Of a stretch of DNA of 64,000 bases, positions 50,832 through 64,000 are shown piece after piece. The position numbers were made by a program, and so were the translations under genes. Every line of letters starts with the position of its first letter. Position 1 is the first letter of the stretch. Origin of the DNA: Eledone cirrhosa (taxonomy: Eukaryota). The notes under the pieces are model-generated. The model was not told the origin of the DNA and ran no database searches. It saw nothing but the letters and a program-made list of their open reading frames with translations. The stretch lies in NCBI GenBank assembly GCA_964016885.1, contig OZ024742.1:193936001-194000000 (forward strand), read 5' to 3'.

Positions 50832-50869
<38 letters not shown>

Positions 50870-51058
50870 GCCTTGGTTTGCAGTATAGAATTGTGGCTCC
50901 TTATGATCTGAGTTCAAATCCCGCCGAGGTTAACTTTGCCTTTCATTCTTACGGGGTCGATAAAATAAAGTACCAGTCATGCACTGGGGTCGATTTAATC
51001 GACATTCCCCTGCCCTAAAATTGCTAGCCTTGTGCCTATATGAGAAACCATTATTAGG
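50870..51058 (+). mobile_element. SINE (family of 7125-7290)
   Basis: gagttcaaatcccgccgaggttaactttgcctttcattcttacggggtcgataaaataaagtaccagtcatgcactggggtcga..gaaaccattatta. Confidence 0.85.
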
Positions 51059-51413
51059 TTCTGAGTGTACAAAAGATTGGGCGTAAGGAAGCAGAACATT
51101 ACCTCTCTTAATTTTCATAGGGTTAACATTATTATATTATGATGAATTTATAATGGATTGATTGTAAGTATGCGATTATCTCATTTGATTTTCCAAGGAT
51201 TAGCAATTCCAGTATTAACGGCTTTCTTTGTGAGTTTCTAGAGATTTACATATATTCTTTCGGTTCTTAAGTCCATTCAAATTTCTATTCATAGAATTAC
51301 TAGTCATCACATTTAAACGTTTCTAATGCTTATAATAATTATAGGAGGAGCCAAAATTTATTTTCTCCTTATAGCTAGATCTAGCTAATACTTTATTTCA
51401 ATACCAGACGTTA

Positions 51414-51833
51414 CTAGCCGATAACACGGAGATGAGATTCACTAATTTAGGATGACTAAATAAATTATGCACATCCTGGGGTCAATATAACTGCGGTGCG
51501 AAGTGTTTCCGTGCGATCTCAGCAAAGTGGGTGTAGATAGAGAGGGAGATAGACGGAGAAACCAGAAGTGATAGGGATTGACGTCATGTGTGAGACCAGG
51601 TCGAAAACGAGCAGATGAATAGAGAGGGGGGGGGAAGAGAGAGAGAAAAGGAAGAGAGAGAAGGAGAGAGCTGATATGAAAGCGTCGGTCGACAATAAAT
51701 TGAGTAAAAGAGGTAGAGGGGACTCACAGCGGTAAATACAACATTACAAGAATCGAAGTGGGCTGTGTGGTTACTGTAAACAAAGTTTCAGATGGTAATA
51801 TGGACGAAACAAGAGAAGAAACCCTTCATCAGC

Positions 51834-51845
<12 letters not shown>
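51414..51845 (-). mobile_element. Probable non-autonomous Helitron
   Basis: Minus-strand 3' end ccgtgttatcgg-CTAG|T. The 5' end tatatataaaatagctg merges into (TA)n. Confidence 0.5.
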
Positions 51846-51900
<55 letters not shown>

Positions 51901-53317
51901 GGTGTGTGTGTATATATATGTGTGTGAGTGGTGTGATATATACATATGCTAGCAGTGGTACCCGGCGTTGCACAGGATAAAGTATTTTGGAACGCGGGCC
52001 GCCAACAGACCTAATCGTCGAAAAACTGCATGCCTCGACAATATGTAAAGAAAATAAACCGAATAATCTGATGACTGGATAATCTTTAACATTTTTCTCG
52101 ATGAAGCGGGAATAATTCATGTTTTCACCTAATGCGGGCCCTAGGGCAATTAGAAAATTAATTTGTTATATGTGCATAATATGTCTTGAAATTTCGGGAA
52201 AAATCGGCTAGAGGTAAAGCCTAAAAAAAGCCCTAAAAAGCTGAAAAATTGAGGTTTTTCACCTAATGCGGTCCCTAGGCCATACACAAGTTGGATTTTC
52301 TTTGCTCACGGTATAAATAAGAGACTGACTAATACATAGTTACAATTTCCAGCAAATCGGTCTGACGTAACGCCTCAAAATACCTCTAAAAAGTTGAATT
52401 TTTTATGTGCATAACACTCCTGAAACATAACGCGTGCCGCCAACAAACCTAATCGTGGGAAAACTGCCTGGACAATATGTAAAGAAAATAAACCGAATAC
52501 TCTGATGCAATTAGTATTAGGTATGCTTCTCCTTCCACGTAGAGAAAATCGGTTTGGTGCTTTTGTACTTTAATAAAGTTGCATGAGTCAGCAGGACAAA
52601 TGTCACCACTTATTTCAGAGAAAAGTCTGCAATGCTTCAGCAAGGCATGACGTGCAATCGGACAGCATGTGGAGCCTTCTCGAAGGAGTCCACCGCACCC
52701 TAGTAATTAAACGCAACTGGACAAACGTTTACCAAACTGTGGGTATAATTTAACAAATTTAAAGAGGAATGGTGCAATAAAATGGGCTCCGAGGCGTGTG
52801 CGCGTTCACTAGCAGCCCTAAACGAAAGGGCCGCCATCAGCTATTTCAAGGGCCCTTAAAAGGGCCGTGTTCACTGACACCCCAGTAAGGAGGGGTAACC
52901 ATCAACAATTTCAAGTGGTGGCCCTAAAAAGGGCCATGTGAGTGATCACTTGTAGCCCTTAATAGTGATTTTGACACGCGTTCTCTGACATTTGAGGGAT
53001 GGTGTTGCGGTTGCTTCCACTGGTAGCCTTTAGAATGAATCAGAATGTATTCGCGGTATGTTTAATACCCATACATTGACGCGCCGAGTGCGAAGCGGAA
53101 GGTCCATCTCTGAAGGTAGTCACCTGAATCCGAGGGAAAATTTATTTCAGTTAATAGGCCGTATGAATGGCAACCAGATTGCCTTAAGAAATGTTGACAA
53201 CGAACCTACCTTGTCCTTGTGCAAATACAAGAAGACTCTGCCAGTTGCGAACCACTTAACGACCTTACATTGCCGCACCAATTGTCAAGGGGAAGATTCT
53301 TAGCTGAAGGGTTCACC

Positions 53318-53545
53318 TTAACCCTTTAGCATTCACATTACTCTATATATACTATTATATTTTCATGGTAAAGGCTTTACCTCCCATGATTATCTCACAT
53401 AGTATCGAATCTAAGAGATTTCGAAAGTATTTATTTTGAGAACAATCCCTTAACATCAGTTTGAGCGACCAGTTACAGCCAGTTTCAACAGAAAGAGGTA
53501 GAGAATTCTGGCCGGTTTTGGCCGGTTTGAACATTAAAGTGTTAA
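53318..53545. mobile_element. piggyBac-type MITE (TTAA-flanked) nested in the Helitron
   Basis: TTAA-ccctttagcattc ... gaacattaaagtg-TTAA. The TIR matches at 9 of 13 positions. Confidence 0.55.
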
Positions 53546-53639
53546 ACCGTAGAGAAAGCATTTAAGTTAGTAGCCCGTACGAATTGTGACCAAATTGGTT
53601 TAAGAAAGGGCAATAATGAACCTACCTTGTCGCTGTTGC

Positions 53640-54570
53640 ATTTATAACACTTCGTTGTAAACAATGTTCCTTGTTTTCCCTCGTCATGCAAATGCAAAAA
53701 GGATCTCCCTGCTGCCAACTCTAGTGCATCCAACGTAAAATTGTTCGTGGGAGACACAGGGCTCCTCCAGTAGAATTCCGGCCACAGAAAGAGTCTGATC
53801 CTGGAACTTGTTAAAGGACATGGCAAAACTTACCCGAAGCGGGAATTGCAGTCTTCTGAAGGTAAACGGAATTTCGGCTCCCGACGGAGTAAGAGGGATT
53901 CTAGCAATGAAGACATCGTCGCATTTTCCGCACCCAGAGAGGATTGTTGCCTCGATACCATGGTCCGCCATTTACTTTACAGTCAGGCGTGTTCCGTTGC
54001 ACAGCCTCAGTGGCTCCAATTTCCGCAGCAACATAACAGGAGTTCCTAATTTAAGGCGTAGCATGTGGTGTGGTAGTCCCAGAGCCTGTAAGAGTTTGGA
54101 AATTCTGGTGGAAAGTTCACCACTTCATTTGGATCGGGCATCGTGTCAACAGACTTGTAGTTGCGAAGAGCACCAGAAAGGGAATCTAGTAGCATGTCGT
54201 TGAAATTGTTAACAGTGCAGTTTTTTGGAGCAAGCACTGCTCTTTCGCACAACCATGCGTGGTCCTTGAAATGGTGTTGCAAATCCGGAAACACTTTGTC
54301 TTTGAGCTCTGCCGCAGAATTAACAGAATTCGCAAATGGCTACACTTCCAGTTCGCCTTCAGCGTCAAGAGGCACGTTGCCGTCGCCGGGCTTCAGAATG
54401 TCCCGTGCAAAGTCAGCGGACATTTGGTCACCGTGCAATTCAGCCCTCATGCTGGTTGTAAGAGTCAATTTCCTGACATGGGGGAGATGACTTCAGACAT
54501 GCTTGGACCTCGTCAGCTCGTGTACTTTAGAAATTACAGGGAGGGTCTGCCTCAAGTCACCTGAAATCAT
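53640..54570 (-). pseudogene. Helitron Pif1-family helicase C-terminal fragment
   Basis: GDLRQTLPV, WLCERAVLAPKN, YKSVD, GTPVMLLRKLEPLRLCNGTRL, FIARIPLTPS, PFTFRRLQFPLRVSFAMS.NK.Q.QTL, SHEQFYVGCTRV. Confidence 0.9.
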
Positions 54571-55433
54571 GGTAGGTAAGTAAGCAACACTGTGGCTTAA
54601 ACGTGGGGAAGAAATTGTGTGCACTTAGCAACTGTTTGGAGAATGAGTGTGAGATTTGTCTTGAGAAAGGGTGGCGAAATAACTGGAGGCAGTAGACAGT
54701 CAGACATACAGACAGATATTATAAGGGCGCGTTCTGGACGCAGATAGAATTGTGGGAAGTGACGTAATGCAGACATCCAGACATACATACAGATATTATA
54801 AGGGCGCGACGTTATATGTATGTATCTATCTAAAAATAGAAAGACTAAGAGTTACAGAGAGAGATCGCTAAATCGCCTAATGCGGTCCCTAGAGAATTGA
54901 AAATTTGAAATTTTTTGGACTCAGAACATTCCATGAAACATAAGTACTACATGTGTAAAGTTTGAAAACCAACAACTTGAAAATCGACGCTATTATAGCG
55001 AAGCTTTTTATTACCAGCTTTAATTTTTAGTGTCGTGTGAAATATATAACCTGTAAACCTGATGTTTGAATCGCAGCAGGATCGACTTTATTTCACTCGC
55101 TCCACTGAAAGTTGGATTTTCTTTGCTCACGGTATGAAGAAGAGACTAACTAATACATAATTTCCGGCTTTCATTTTTAGTGTTGTGTGAAATATATAAC
55201 CGCCATAGCTAAGCTTAATATTGCCACAAGCACGGCTGGGAAAGAAGCAAGGGTCTGGTGGTACGTAAGTAAGAAACACTAGCTTAAAACGTGAGGAAGA
55301 AGTTGTGTGCACTTAGCAACTGTTTGGGGAATGAGTGTGAGATTTATCTTGAGCAACGGTTCTAGAATAACCGGAGGCAGTAGACTGCCAGTCATACAGA
55401 CAGACAACCTCAGTTATATACATATAGATATAT

Positions 55434-55476
<43 letters not shown>

Positions 55477-56033
55477 CATAATCGGAGAAAGCTATATATA
55501 TGTATATATATATATATATATAATTACATAATCGGAGAAAGCTAATAGCGATACTCCGGCCTAATTCCAACTCACTCAACACACATTAGGAAATATCTGA
55601 GTATATTCCTAATTAAACGTTCGGGGTGCTAACTATATTGTATTGTGTGGATAATTGGCTGTATCATTTCATATGAGATATATCAAATATATCACTTCCC
55701 AGACGACTCGTTTCATTATAAGATTTCTATAAGTTGGGTGAAATTATACCAAATTATGTAGAAGCTTGTATAAGGTCAACAGATACTTATTCAAGTGGGC
55801 TCTTATAATTCTTCAGTGGGTGCCCAATAATATTAATATTGATAACCAAATCAACATCAATATTTAGCGATAATCACCATCAGTGCTTGAGGGAGCTGCT
55901 AGGTTGTTAGTCCAGCAGTTCTAAAGAAAATCTCACACTGTCTCGAAAATAGGAGGAAGGAGATAACCGCCAAAAACAATACATGCGCAGGTCGTTGAAT
56001 TCTGATAAGAATTCAAGCCACCTACTAAGAACT

Positions 56034-56071
<38 letters not shown>

Positions 56072-56074
<3 letters not shown>

Positions 56075-56461
56075 ATGATATTAAATAAATGGAAACCATA
56101 TTTATTTTATTATATATATTTCAAGGGTACCAAAAACTTTGGTACGCTTTCTTCAGATAAAATACAAAGTTTGTTTTACAAATAGAGACATACCCAGGAT
56201 ATTCTCTGGATAGTATTCCCTATCCAGAGAATATACAATTGATAAGGTATGAAACTTTGTATTTTATCTGAAGAAAGCGTACCAAGGTCTTTTGGTTGCC
56301 TTGAAATATATATAATAAAATAAATATGGTTTTTTAAATATAGTTTCTATCTATTTAATATCATTGAATATTTACTCCAAAACATGTTGAGTGCTCTAAA
56401 TCAGTTATAAACATTTATATTTATATTTGTCGGATTTCCAACAAATTAAATACCAGTTCTA

Positions 56462-56465
<4 letters not shown>
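56072..56465. mobile_element. Non-coding fold-back element C (family of A and B), hammerheads at about 56103-56163 (-) and 56261-56321 (+)
   Basis: Arms about 56073-56172 and 56252-56366. The right arm extends a further 100 bp or so. Flanked by (TA)n. Confidence 0.88.
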
Positions 56466-56502
<37 letters not shown>

Positions 56503-56994
56503 ATATATATATAATATATATATATATTATATATATATATTTATTAAAATAACAGATTAAAGTTTAAGCAAAGAATCGCTGATTTAACGGAAACATCTGA
56601 AACTAAAAAGATCAATCTCTGAACGCAGAAGTAAATATTTCGAAAAACATTGCAACGCAATGAAGACAACAAGACGATACTTTGGTTCGTGGAAACGTTC
56701 CCTGGCAAAGAACGGAAAAAACGAAGATAATACGTCATTATTTAGAGCGTTGAAAAGAATACACGCAAAGGCGAAACTGCGTTTATGGTGTGGTTCGTGG
56801 AGCGGTGAGTGAGAAAAATTACACGCATAGGCAAAACCACGTTTATCGTATAACTTAAGTCGTAGACTAAAATACTATTTATGAAACCGTATGATTCTTG
56901 GCTTCAAGGTAAAGAATAATTAAATTACAGATGTAATTGAAATTAAATATATACATACACGCATTCATATATATATATATATATATATATACAT

Positions 56995-57092
<98 letters not shown>

Positions 57093-57407
57093 TTCATTCA
57101 TTAAGGGCAGTTTATCAATGAAAGTCAACGGGTTTGAGACATGAAATCACAAAATAACACTGCGAAATCATATTAATATGACGTAATCTATATAGTCTTG
57201 TCTTTTCCACTTTCATTCACTTCTAGCAACATGGCGTTATTTCAATACTGACACAATACAGATAATATTTTGATGAATAGCCATAATCTTGCACGTCTGA
57301 TTCCCATGACATTAAACATTCTACCAAGAACGTAAAAAATGGAAAGATTGTTTCACACATAGCAGTATCAACTAAATGGGACGCTATAGTTCAATATCGA
57401 TTACCTA

Positions 57408-58680
57408 CTCATATATATAACCAGCAATTTCTCTGTCTGTCTGTCCGACAGTGGAAACACGTGCGTAGAGAGAGAGTGAGAGTGAAAGAAAGAGACAGAC
57501 TACGAGAGGGGGATAGCGGGAGGGAAAGAGGGAGAGAGAGAGAGTGAATAGACGCTAAAACACGTGCTATAGAAACATTATCCTCCCCTCTCCACTGACT
57601 TTGGTCACTGAGGCCGAGGGAATCGCTGGTTGCTATAGAGACACCTTGCACAAGCCAGAAGTAACCAGTTCGCGGCGGTTCTGACTTGACTCCATGCGAA
57701 GAAGGTTGCCATTGAATATGTGGTTGTTGCTGCTGATAATAAGGACCATTTGAAGAAGGTTGCTGCTGATGGGGTAATTTATTAATTAGATTGCGCAGTT
57801 CCATAACCTATGTTTGATTTGTTCAATTTATTCTTCAATTTCTTTTGTTGTTTTTTTTTATTTCTTATTGAAAAAATATAAATAATAAAATAATGTTAGA
57901 AATTTAAATACAATTAAATACGATTTAATTTCCATTTCCTGCAGCCAATGTCCAGTGTTCAATTTCATGAAAAAATTGGAAATAATTCAAAAAATTGAAG
58001 TTTAACTTTTGAACGTTTGTTTTGACAAAAAAATATTTCCTTATTCACAGGAATATTTTTTTCTAACCACCAGTTATTTAAATATTATTATTATTATATT
58101 TTTAAATAAGAATGGAAGATTTTTTGGATTTGTTTACCACCTTCCAAGCCTTAAACACTAGTTCTCGCGAATTTGTGTTTTGTAATGACCCTCAGTACGC
58201 TGCTATTCTTGATTCCAATAGTGCCTGGTATTCGAATATGTTAGTATACAATTTTTTGAATAAAATTAAGGCGCAATTAGAGCTGCCAAACAAACTTTTT
58301 TTCGGCTTCGGCCCATATTATATATATATATATATAATGGGGATGATGATGATGATATACATAGTTACATATGTATATGTAATCTCCTTATAATATATAA
58401 CCAGCAATTTCTCTGTCTGTCTGTCCGACAGTGGAAACACGTGCACGCGTGCGAATGTTTTTTGCGCACGCATAGAGAGAGAGAGTGAGAGTGAAAGAAA
58501 GAGACAGACTACGAGAGGGGAATACGGGAGGGAGAGAGGGAGAGAGTGAATAGACGTTAAAATACGTGCGCGCCTGCGAATGTTTTTTGCGCACGCGTAG
58601 ATAGAGAGTGAGATTGAAAGAAAGAGACAGACTACAAGAGGGGGATAGCGGGAGGGAGAGAAGGGGGAATTGAAGAGTAC
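57408..58680 (+). mobile_element. Two tandem Helitron-like heads (57408-57570 and 58385-58680)
   Basis: Both start atatataaccagcaatttctctgtctgtctgtccgacagtggaaacacgtgc, followed by GA-rich subrepeats. Confidence 0.55.
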
Positions 58681-58889
58681 TACAGAAATATATATACATT
58701 TCTGTGTGCGTGTAATATATATATACACACACAGAAATATATATATATACACACAGAAAAATATATATACATTTCTGTGTGTGTAATATATATATACACA
58801 CAGAAATATATATACATTTCTGTGTGTGTAATATATATATATATATATATATATAGCAGAAAACCACCCGGTGGGTGGTTTTCTGGTAG

Positions 58890-61800
58890 TCTATATATAT
58901 AAAACTCAGGTTGTCTGTCTGTCTGTCTACTAAAACGGTCGGCACATATCTCCTCTTAAACCGTACCCTCAAATTTCGGTGAAATAGCTACAATTATAGA
59001 TGAAGGGCCGGCGGAGACATCGGTCAAAACAATTTTCAAATCGCCCCGCGCCAAGTGAAAAAATCGAATTTGTAATGTATTGATTTTTCAGTTCAAATGT
59101 GTATAGAGAGATGAAGGACGAGTTATTTTCCTTTTATGGAACGCGCAGAGTATAACAAATTTCCACCACTTTCAGACTATTAGATATTTCGATTCTTGTC
59201 AGAATAAGTAGATGCTATAAGTATCTGCCATTCAAATTGAATTTCAATTGTTGGTTCGATTTGTACTGTAGCTTCATTTTAACTGTACTACCTTTGTATA
59301 CTAGACAGCGTTAACAAGTCAGCGACCTCATTACTTGGTAAGTTAAACCTTCTCTATTAAACGTTTGGATTATTTTCAGTTTTCAATTGTTGTTTGATTT
59401 TGCTATGGCGTTGGAGGTCAGGCCTTCTATTTAAATTAATATTGCGATCTATAAGGTTAAATTTACTTTAATTTCCTTTTATCTTGAAGGAAATATGGGC
59501 GGATTGTTTGTTTTAGGATTCATGTATATACTGGAGGTGGGGATGCAAAAGTAGGTATGCAGTTAATTACTATTGACGCTTGGCCAGCACAAAAGTTTTG
59601 CTCAAACTAAAATAGGAAATGCAAGTCAATCTGAGTAATTTCAATCCAAATAAGAAGTCAGATTATTTCCACCATGCCCCAGTTTTGTGCATTTCGGCTC
59701 GACATACTGGGCGACCTAAAAACCCTTACTGGCTCTTTAATCAGCTTTAGCTCAGTATCCATGCAAGTGATTTTTACACTTAGACATTTTTTACCTTAGC
59801 CGTAACTATTTCGTATCCATTTCTTTAGTAAAATTATAATCGGTTAAGAAATGCACTCAAAATCTGATAAAAAGTTACACAAAAAGAAATCAAGCAATTT
59901 TTTAAGCTGCTATGTTTTTAACGTTCGGCTTCAAGTAGCTCCTGATTACCATAACCTATTTTATTGATATATAAATGTTATGGCTTATGTGCAAATTTGA
60001 TTTCTCTAAAAAGTTTAAATTCCCTTTGAATCACTGTTACCACTGAATTATAACAAAGTTAAAGAACGGTAGTGCCAACATTATTGGTTACCCTGCATGT
60101 TCTTGTAAAGATGACTTTGTAAATAATGCATCTATGACATTTTCACGGATTTTGGGAGCATTTCTCATTAGACGAATTGATTTGCAAAATTGAATGATTC
60201 GGAACACTTATTTGTTCGCATTGTTTTATATGTAAGATACATTTGTCAGATTCCTTTGTCAGATCGTGCTCGCCACCTTGATGCCTAAAAAGAAGATGCC
60301 CTTAATAGGAGTGACGCGGTCTCAGATAACGAAAAGAACGAGGCTGACTGAGGCGTCGTCGAGCATTAGACAACCTCAAAGTGTGGGGTGTTCAGTGTAT
60401 GCGACAGCTCTGTCTATCGATGAGCATTGCTTGAGTCGGGCCAGAAATTTTGCTTTCATTGTATCTTCACATGCAACTGAGAATGATGATGAATGTTTAC
60501 TTCAACTGCATCCTCACATGCTGCAGTGAATAACGAGGAACGTCAAACTCGGCTTGCAAGAAATGCAAAGGCAAAAGCAGCTGCGGGAGCTGCAACGAAT
60601 GATGTTCAACGTAAACTTCGTCTGAGCAGAGACGCGGCTTCTACGGCAGCTGCGCGAGCTGCTGAGAATGATGTTTAACATGTTCTTCGTCAGACTAGAG
60701 ACGCGGCAGCTACTGCAGTTGCGAGAGAAGCTGAGACAGCAGGTATCCAAACTATTCGACTGGGGGGGGGGGGGGCAGTATAAAGCCAATATACTCGAGG
60801 ACTGCGAAATCACAATGGTCATTGAAGGCTTTCAATTATATCCCCGCTAATAATTATGCTACACACCCTCATATTCAAATCGGCGGCATGTCTGAAATTT
60901 GGCAGTTTTGCAAAGCCAAAGAGTGGCCGGGTGAACCAGCCGGAATGAGCTACTCTAATGGTATGGTCAACTTGCACCCTCCTAGGGATCCACCACAGCC
61001 ATTGAGGCTTCTTCTTACAGATTTCCTTCAAGATATTTGACATTACAATTGTGCCTTCCAAATGACATCTTTTGGATTGAGTTATGAGTATGAAGGTGGA
61101 TTTATGCCCTTTTTCAAAGTTCAAGTCAGGTTTATCATCTTATCGGATCGCTGGAGCCTGTAGATAATAAAGAGCCCCAATTTCGTCAGATCTACTTCAT
61201 GCCCAACTGCCTTGAACAAGCTACAAGGCGAAATACATTTGCCTTCCCAAAAGAAAAAAACTCAAAACTCAATTGACTGTCCACAAGCAGCAAGGAAATA
61301 TTCAATTGCTTCTGACACTAGACTGGAGCTCCTTTTTGAACTTCAGGACATGCTTCATACCCATAACAGCTAAGTTCAGAGCTTCAAATATGCGTGAGAA
61401 ACAGCTCCTGTGGACAATTACTATGTCGTCATTGATGCTGACAAGCGGCCATCTGGATAACATGCAGGCCGCTATAATTCACTTTCTTTCAATGAGGTTG
61501 CAACACTTCTCGCTGGTGATCAGCACAACAAACGTTACATTGTTATCAAGCATCGCTACCACGGACTTCAACGGATCAGTGAAACACACAGATCATACGA
61601 CGTACTCCAATACCCGCTGCTTTTTGTATATGGAGAGGACGGATACCATTTTGTAAATCTACCAATTCAGAGGTTCATTCTACCAAAACAGTTTCATGCA
61701 AGGACTTCTATGCATTCTGATTCATGATCCGAGATGACTGTTTTAGTCACATCCATCGCTCTAAAGACCTTTTCAACCAGTATGCAACTGAGATGTGTGC

Positions 61801-64000
61801 AAAATTGGAATCTGAGAGATTGTGTTTTATCAAACTCAATAAAAAAAGTTGCATTGTGCCAGTTACATACACCTTGGTGATGGAATGAACAATGATGCGG
61901 ATCCTGAGAGTCTTGGAAAAGTATACATTATGCCACCTACGTTCACGGGAAGATCTCGATATATGTATGAAATGACTCAGGCCGCCATGACCATTGTACG
62001 ACATTACGGCAGGCCTGACTTATTTATAACTTTTACTTGTAACCCCAATTGGAAGGATATTGAGGGCGAACTCCTTCCAGCTCAGAACGCCTCACGCCGA
62101 CATAATCACGCGGCTAGAGTATTCCGTCTTAAGTTACTTAAGCTTATGGATCTTATCAAAATAGGTTAGGTTTTCGGACCAGTTCAATGTGACATGTACA
62201 CAATCGAATGGCACAAAAGGGGCCTCCCCCATGCTCATATTCTTATTTGGCTGACAACAAAGGTTAGTCCTAACGACATTGATAGGATCATCTCTGCAGA
62301 ATTATCCGATCCTCCCACTAACAAGGACTTGTACATGAAAGTTAGGGCACATATGTTGCATGGACCATGTTGGTCTGGCTTTAGAACTGATTTACCATGC
62401 GTTACAGGCAATAAAAGATGCACTAAAACATGACCCCGTCAATTTATTCGCGATACTCAGACTGGCAATGATGGCTACCCATTATATAGACGGAGGCGAC
62501 GTGAAGAGGGAGGTTTTACGGCCAGGGTTAAGAATGGCGAGGTTGACAACCGATGGATCATTTCCTATTGCCCTCTCTTGCTCAGAACTTTCAACGCACA
62601 CATTAATGTTGAATTCTGCAGCTCCGTCAAGTACATCAAATACATTAGTAAGTATATTAATAAGGGTTCTGACGCTGCTTCGTTCGGTATACTCAACGAA
62701 AACAATAGAGACGAAGTAACGCAATTCCAAGTGGGGCGCTACAGCGAGGCCTTTTGGCGAATCTTCGGTTTTCCAATACATGATAGGCACCCTTCAATTG
62801 TAAAATTAGATGTACACCTAGAACACGGTCAACGGATGTACTATACCAACAAAAATGCCGCTGAATTGGCACAACCCCAAGGGAGACAACTTTAACTGGA
62901 TTTTCCAAACTGTGCGAATACGATGACTTCGCAAAATCCTTGCTGTATCCCCAGGTGACATAATACCACACATGGAATAAAACATGGAGTCGCAGAAAAA
63001 CTGGCCAACCAGTTATTGAGGTTCCCGGGATCAAATTCACTAATTGCTTGGAGCGAGTGTATACGATTCCACCAAATCAACACGAGTGCTTCTATATTCG
63101 AATGCTACTGCATGAGGTCAAAGGACCGACCAGTTTTCAGGACCTCAGAACAGTAATCGTGTTTGGTCTACATACAGAGATGCCTGTTTAGCTCGTGGAA
63201 TGCTTGGAGATGACTCTCGATTGGATGCAACCTTGACGAGGATCGCTTCATCACACTTAGCTGGAGGCCTACTAGAGTTCTTTGCAAAGTGTCTTCACTT
63301 ATGTAACAATTGTGAACCCTAAACATTATGGTTGAAGTTTCGGAACCAACTGTCTGAGGACTTCCTGCACCAGGCTGAACTACTACTTCCTGACATAGAA
63401 GTAGATTTGAGTGATGATTTATACAATAAAGAGCTTATAGACATAGAGGACAGGATTTTCCTTATGGGTTGGAATGCCTTGCCAGCATACGGTCTGCCAC
63501 AAACCCACCGCACTGATTCTAATAAAATTCCCACTCTCATCATCCAAGAAACATCTTATGATGTCGACACTCTAGCTAGATATGTGTTTGAAATGGAACC
63601 AAAACTTCTTCCCGATCAGCAATTTGCATACAACACTATCACCAACTATGTATTTCATCGATGGGGTGGCATCTTCTTTCTTGATGACCCTGGAGGCACT
63701 GGAAAACCCTTTGTTACTAAACTTCTTCTTACCCAAGTTAGACAGAATGAAGTTATTGCAATAGCCGTAGCATCATCTGACATTGTAGCTACACTACTTC
63801 CTGGCGGCAGGTCAGCACACTCTACCTTTAAGCTTCCGCTTAACTTGGTATCAGCTGAAACACCGCTCTGTGACATCACCGAGGATAGTCCAAGAGCAGA
63901 ACTGCTACGACGGTGCAAACTGATTGTGTGGGATGAATGCTACATGGTTCACAAATGAGCTATTGAGGCCTTAGATAGAACACTGAAAGACATTAGAGAC
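58890..64000 (+). mobile_element. Autonomous-type Helitron, decayed, running off the window end
   Basis: 5' TCtatatatataaaactcaggttgtctgtctg, with Rep-Hel coding sequence downstream. Confidence 0.9.
60280..64000 (+). pseudogene. Helitron RepHel (HUH endonuclease plus Pif1 helicase), many stops and frameshifts
   Basis: YNCAFQMTSFG, YDVLQYPLLF..GEDG, PPTFTGRSRYM, YGRPDLFITFTCNPNW, YTIEWHKRGLPHAHILIWL, HGPC, GYPLYRRR, HINVEFC..KYINKGSD, FFLDDPGGTGK, GGRSAHSTFKLP, LIVWDE. Confidence 0.95.

Larger units (their letters stand above)
51949..55428 (-). mobile_element. Internally deleted Helitron
   Basis: Minus-strand 5' TCtatatgtatataactgaggttgtctgtctg and 3' cctgtgcaacgccggg-taccactg-CTAG. Retains helicase coding sequence and several internal duplications. 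Confidence 0.85.

Noticed and set aside
51800-51840. Minus-strand CTGATGA-AGGG as a hammerhead
   Set aside because: No GAAA follows the stem on that strand. It is better explained as a Helitron-like 5' end.
57409-57804. 131 aa Gln-rich minus-strand ORF
   Set aside because: It lies in a Helitron-like repeat, ends in a microsatellite translation and shows no recognisable domain.

Overview
AT-rich eukaryotic (metazoan) DNA made almost entirely of transposable elements and microsatellites. I can support no host protein-coding gene. The SINE family and the extreme (TA)n density resemble octopus/cephalopod genomes, which is an inference. Decayed autonomous elements present: two Penelope-like retroelements (PLEs) with inverted pseudo-LTRs (2340-5925, minus; 7670-11535, plus), a Tx1/L1 element (39537-44440, minus), a near full-length R4/Dong RLE retrotransposon (45483-49470, plus), two Helitrons (51949-55428, minus; 58890 to the window end, plus), and CR1/RTE/R4 fragments, SINEs and MITEs. 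The most striking signal is invisible to the ORF track. About 20 minimal type I hammerhead ribozyme motifs from about 10 sequence families are present. Many sit in short, non-coding fold-back (inverted-repeat) elements embedded in (TA)n tracts, apparently a non-autonomous PLE-derived class of palindromic ribozyme elements. All structures were read by eye, and boundaries are approximate to about 10-20 bp unless stated.
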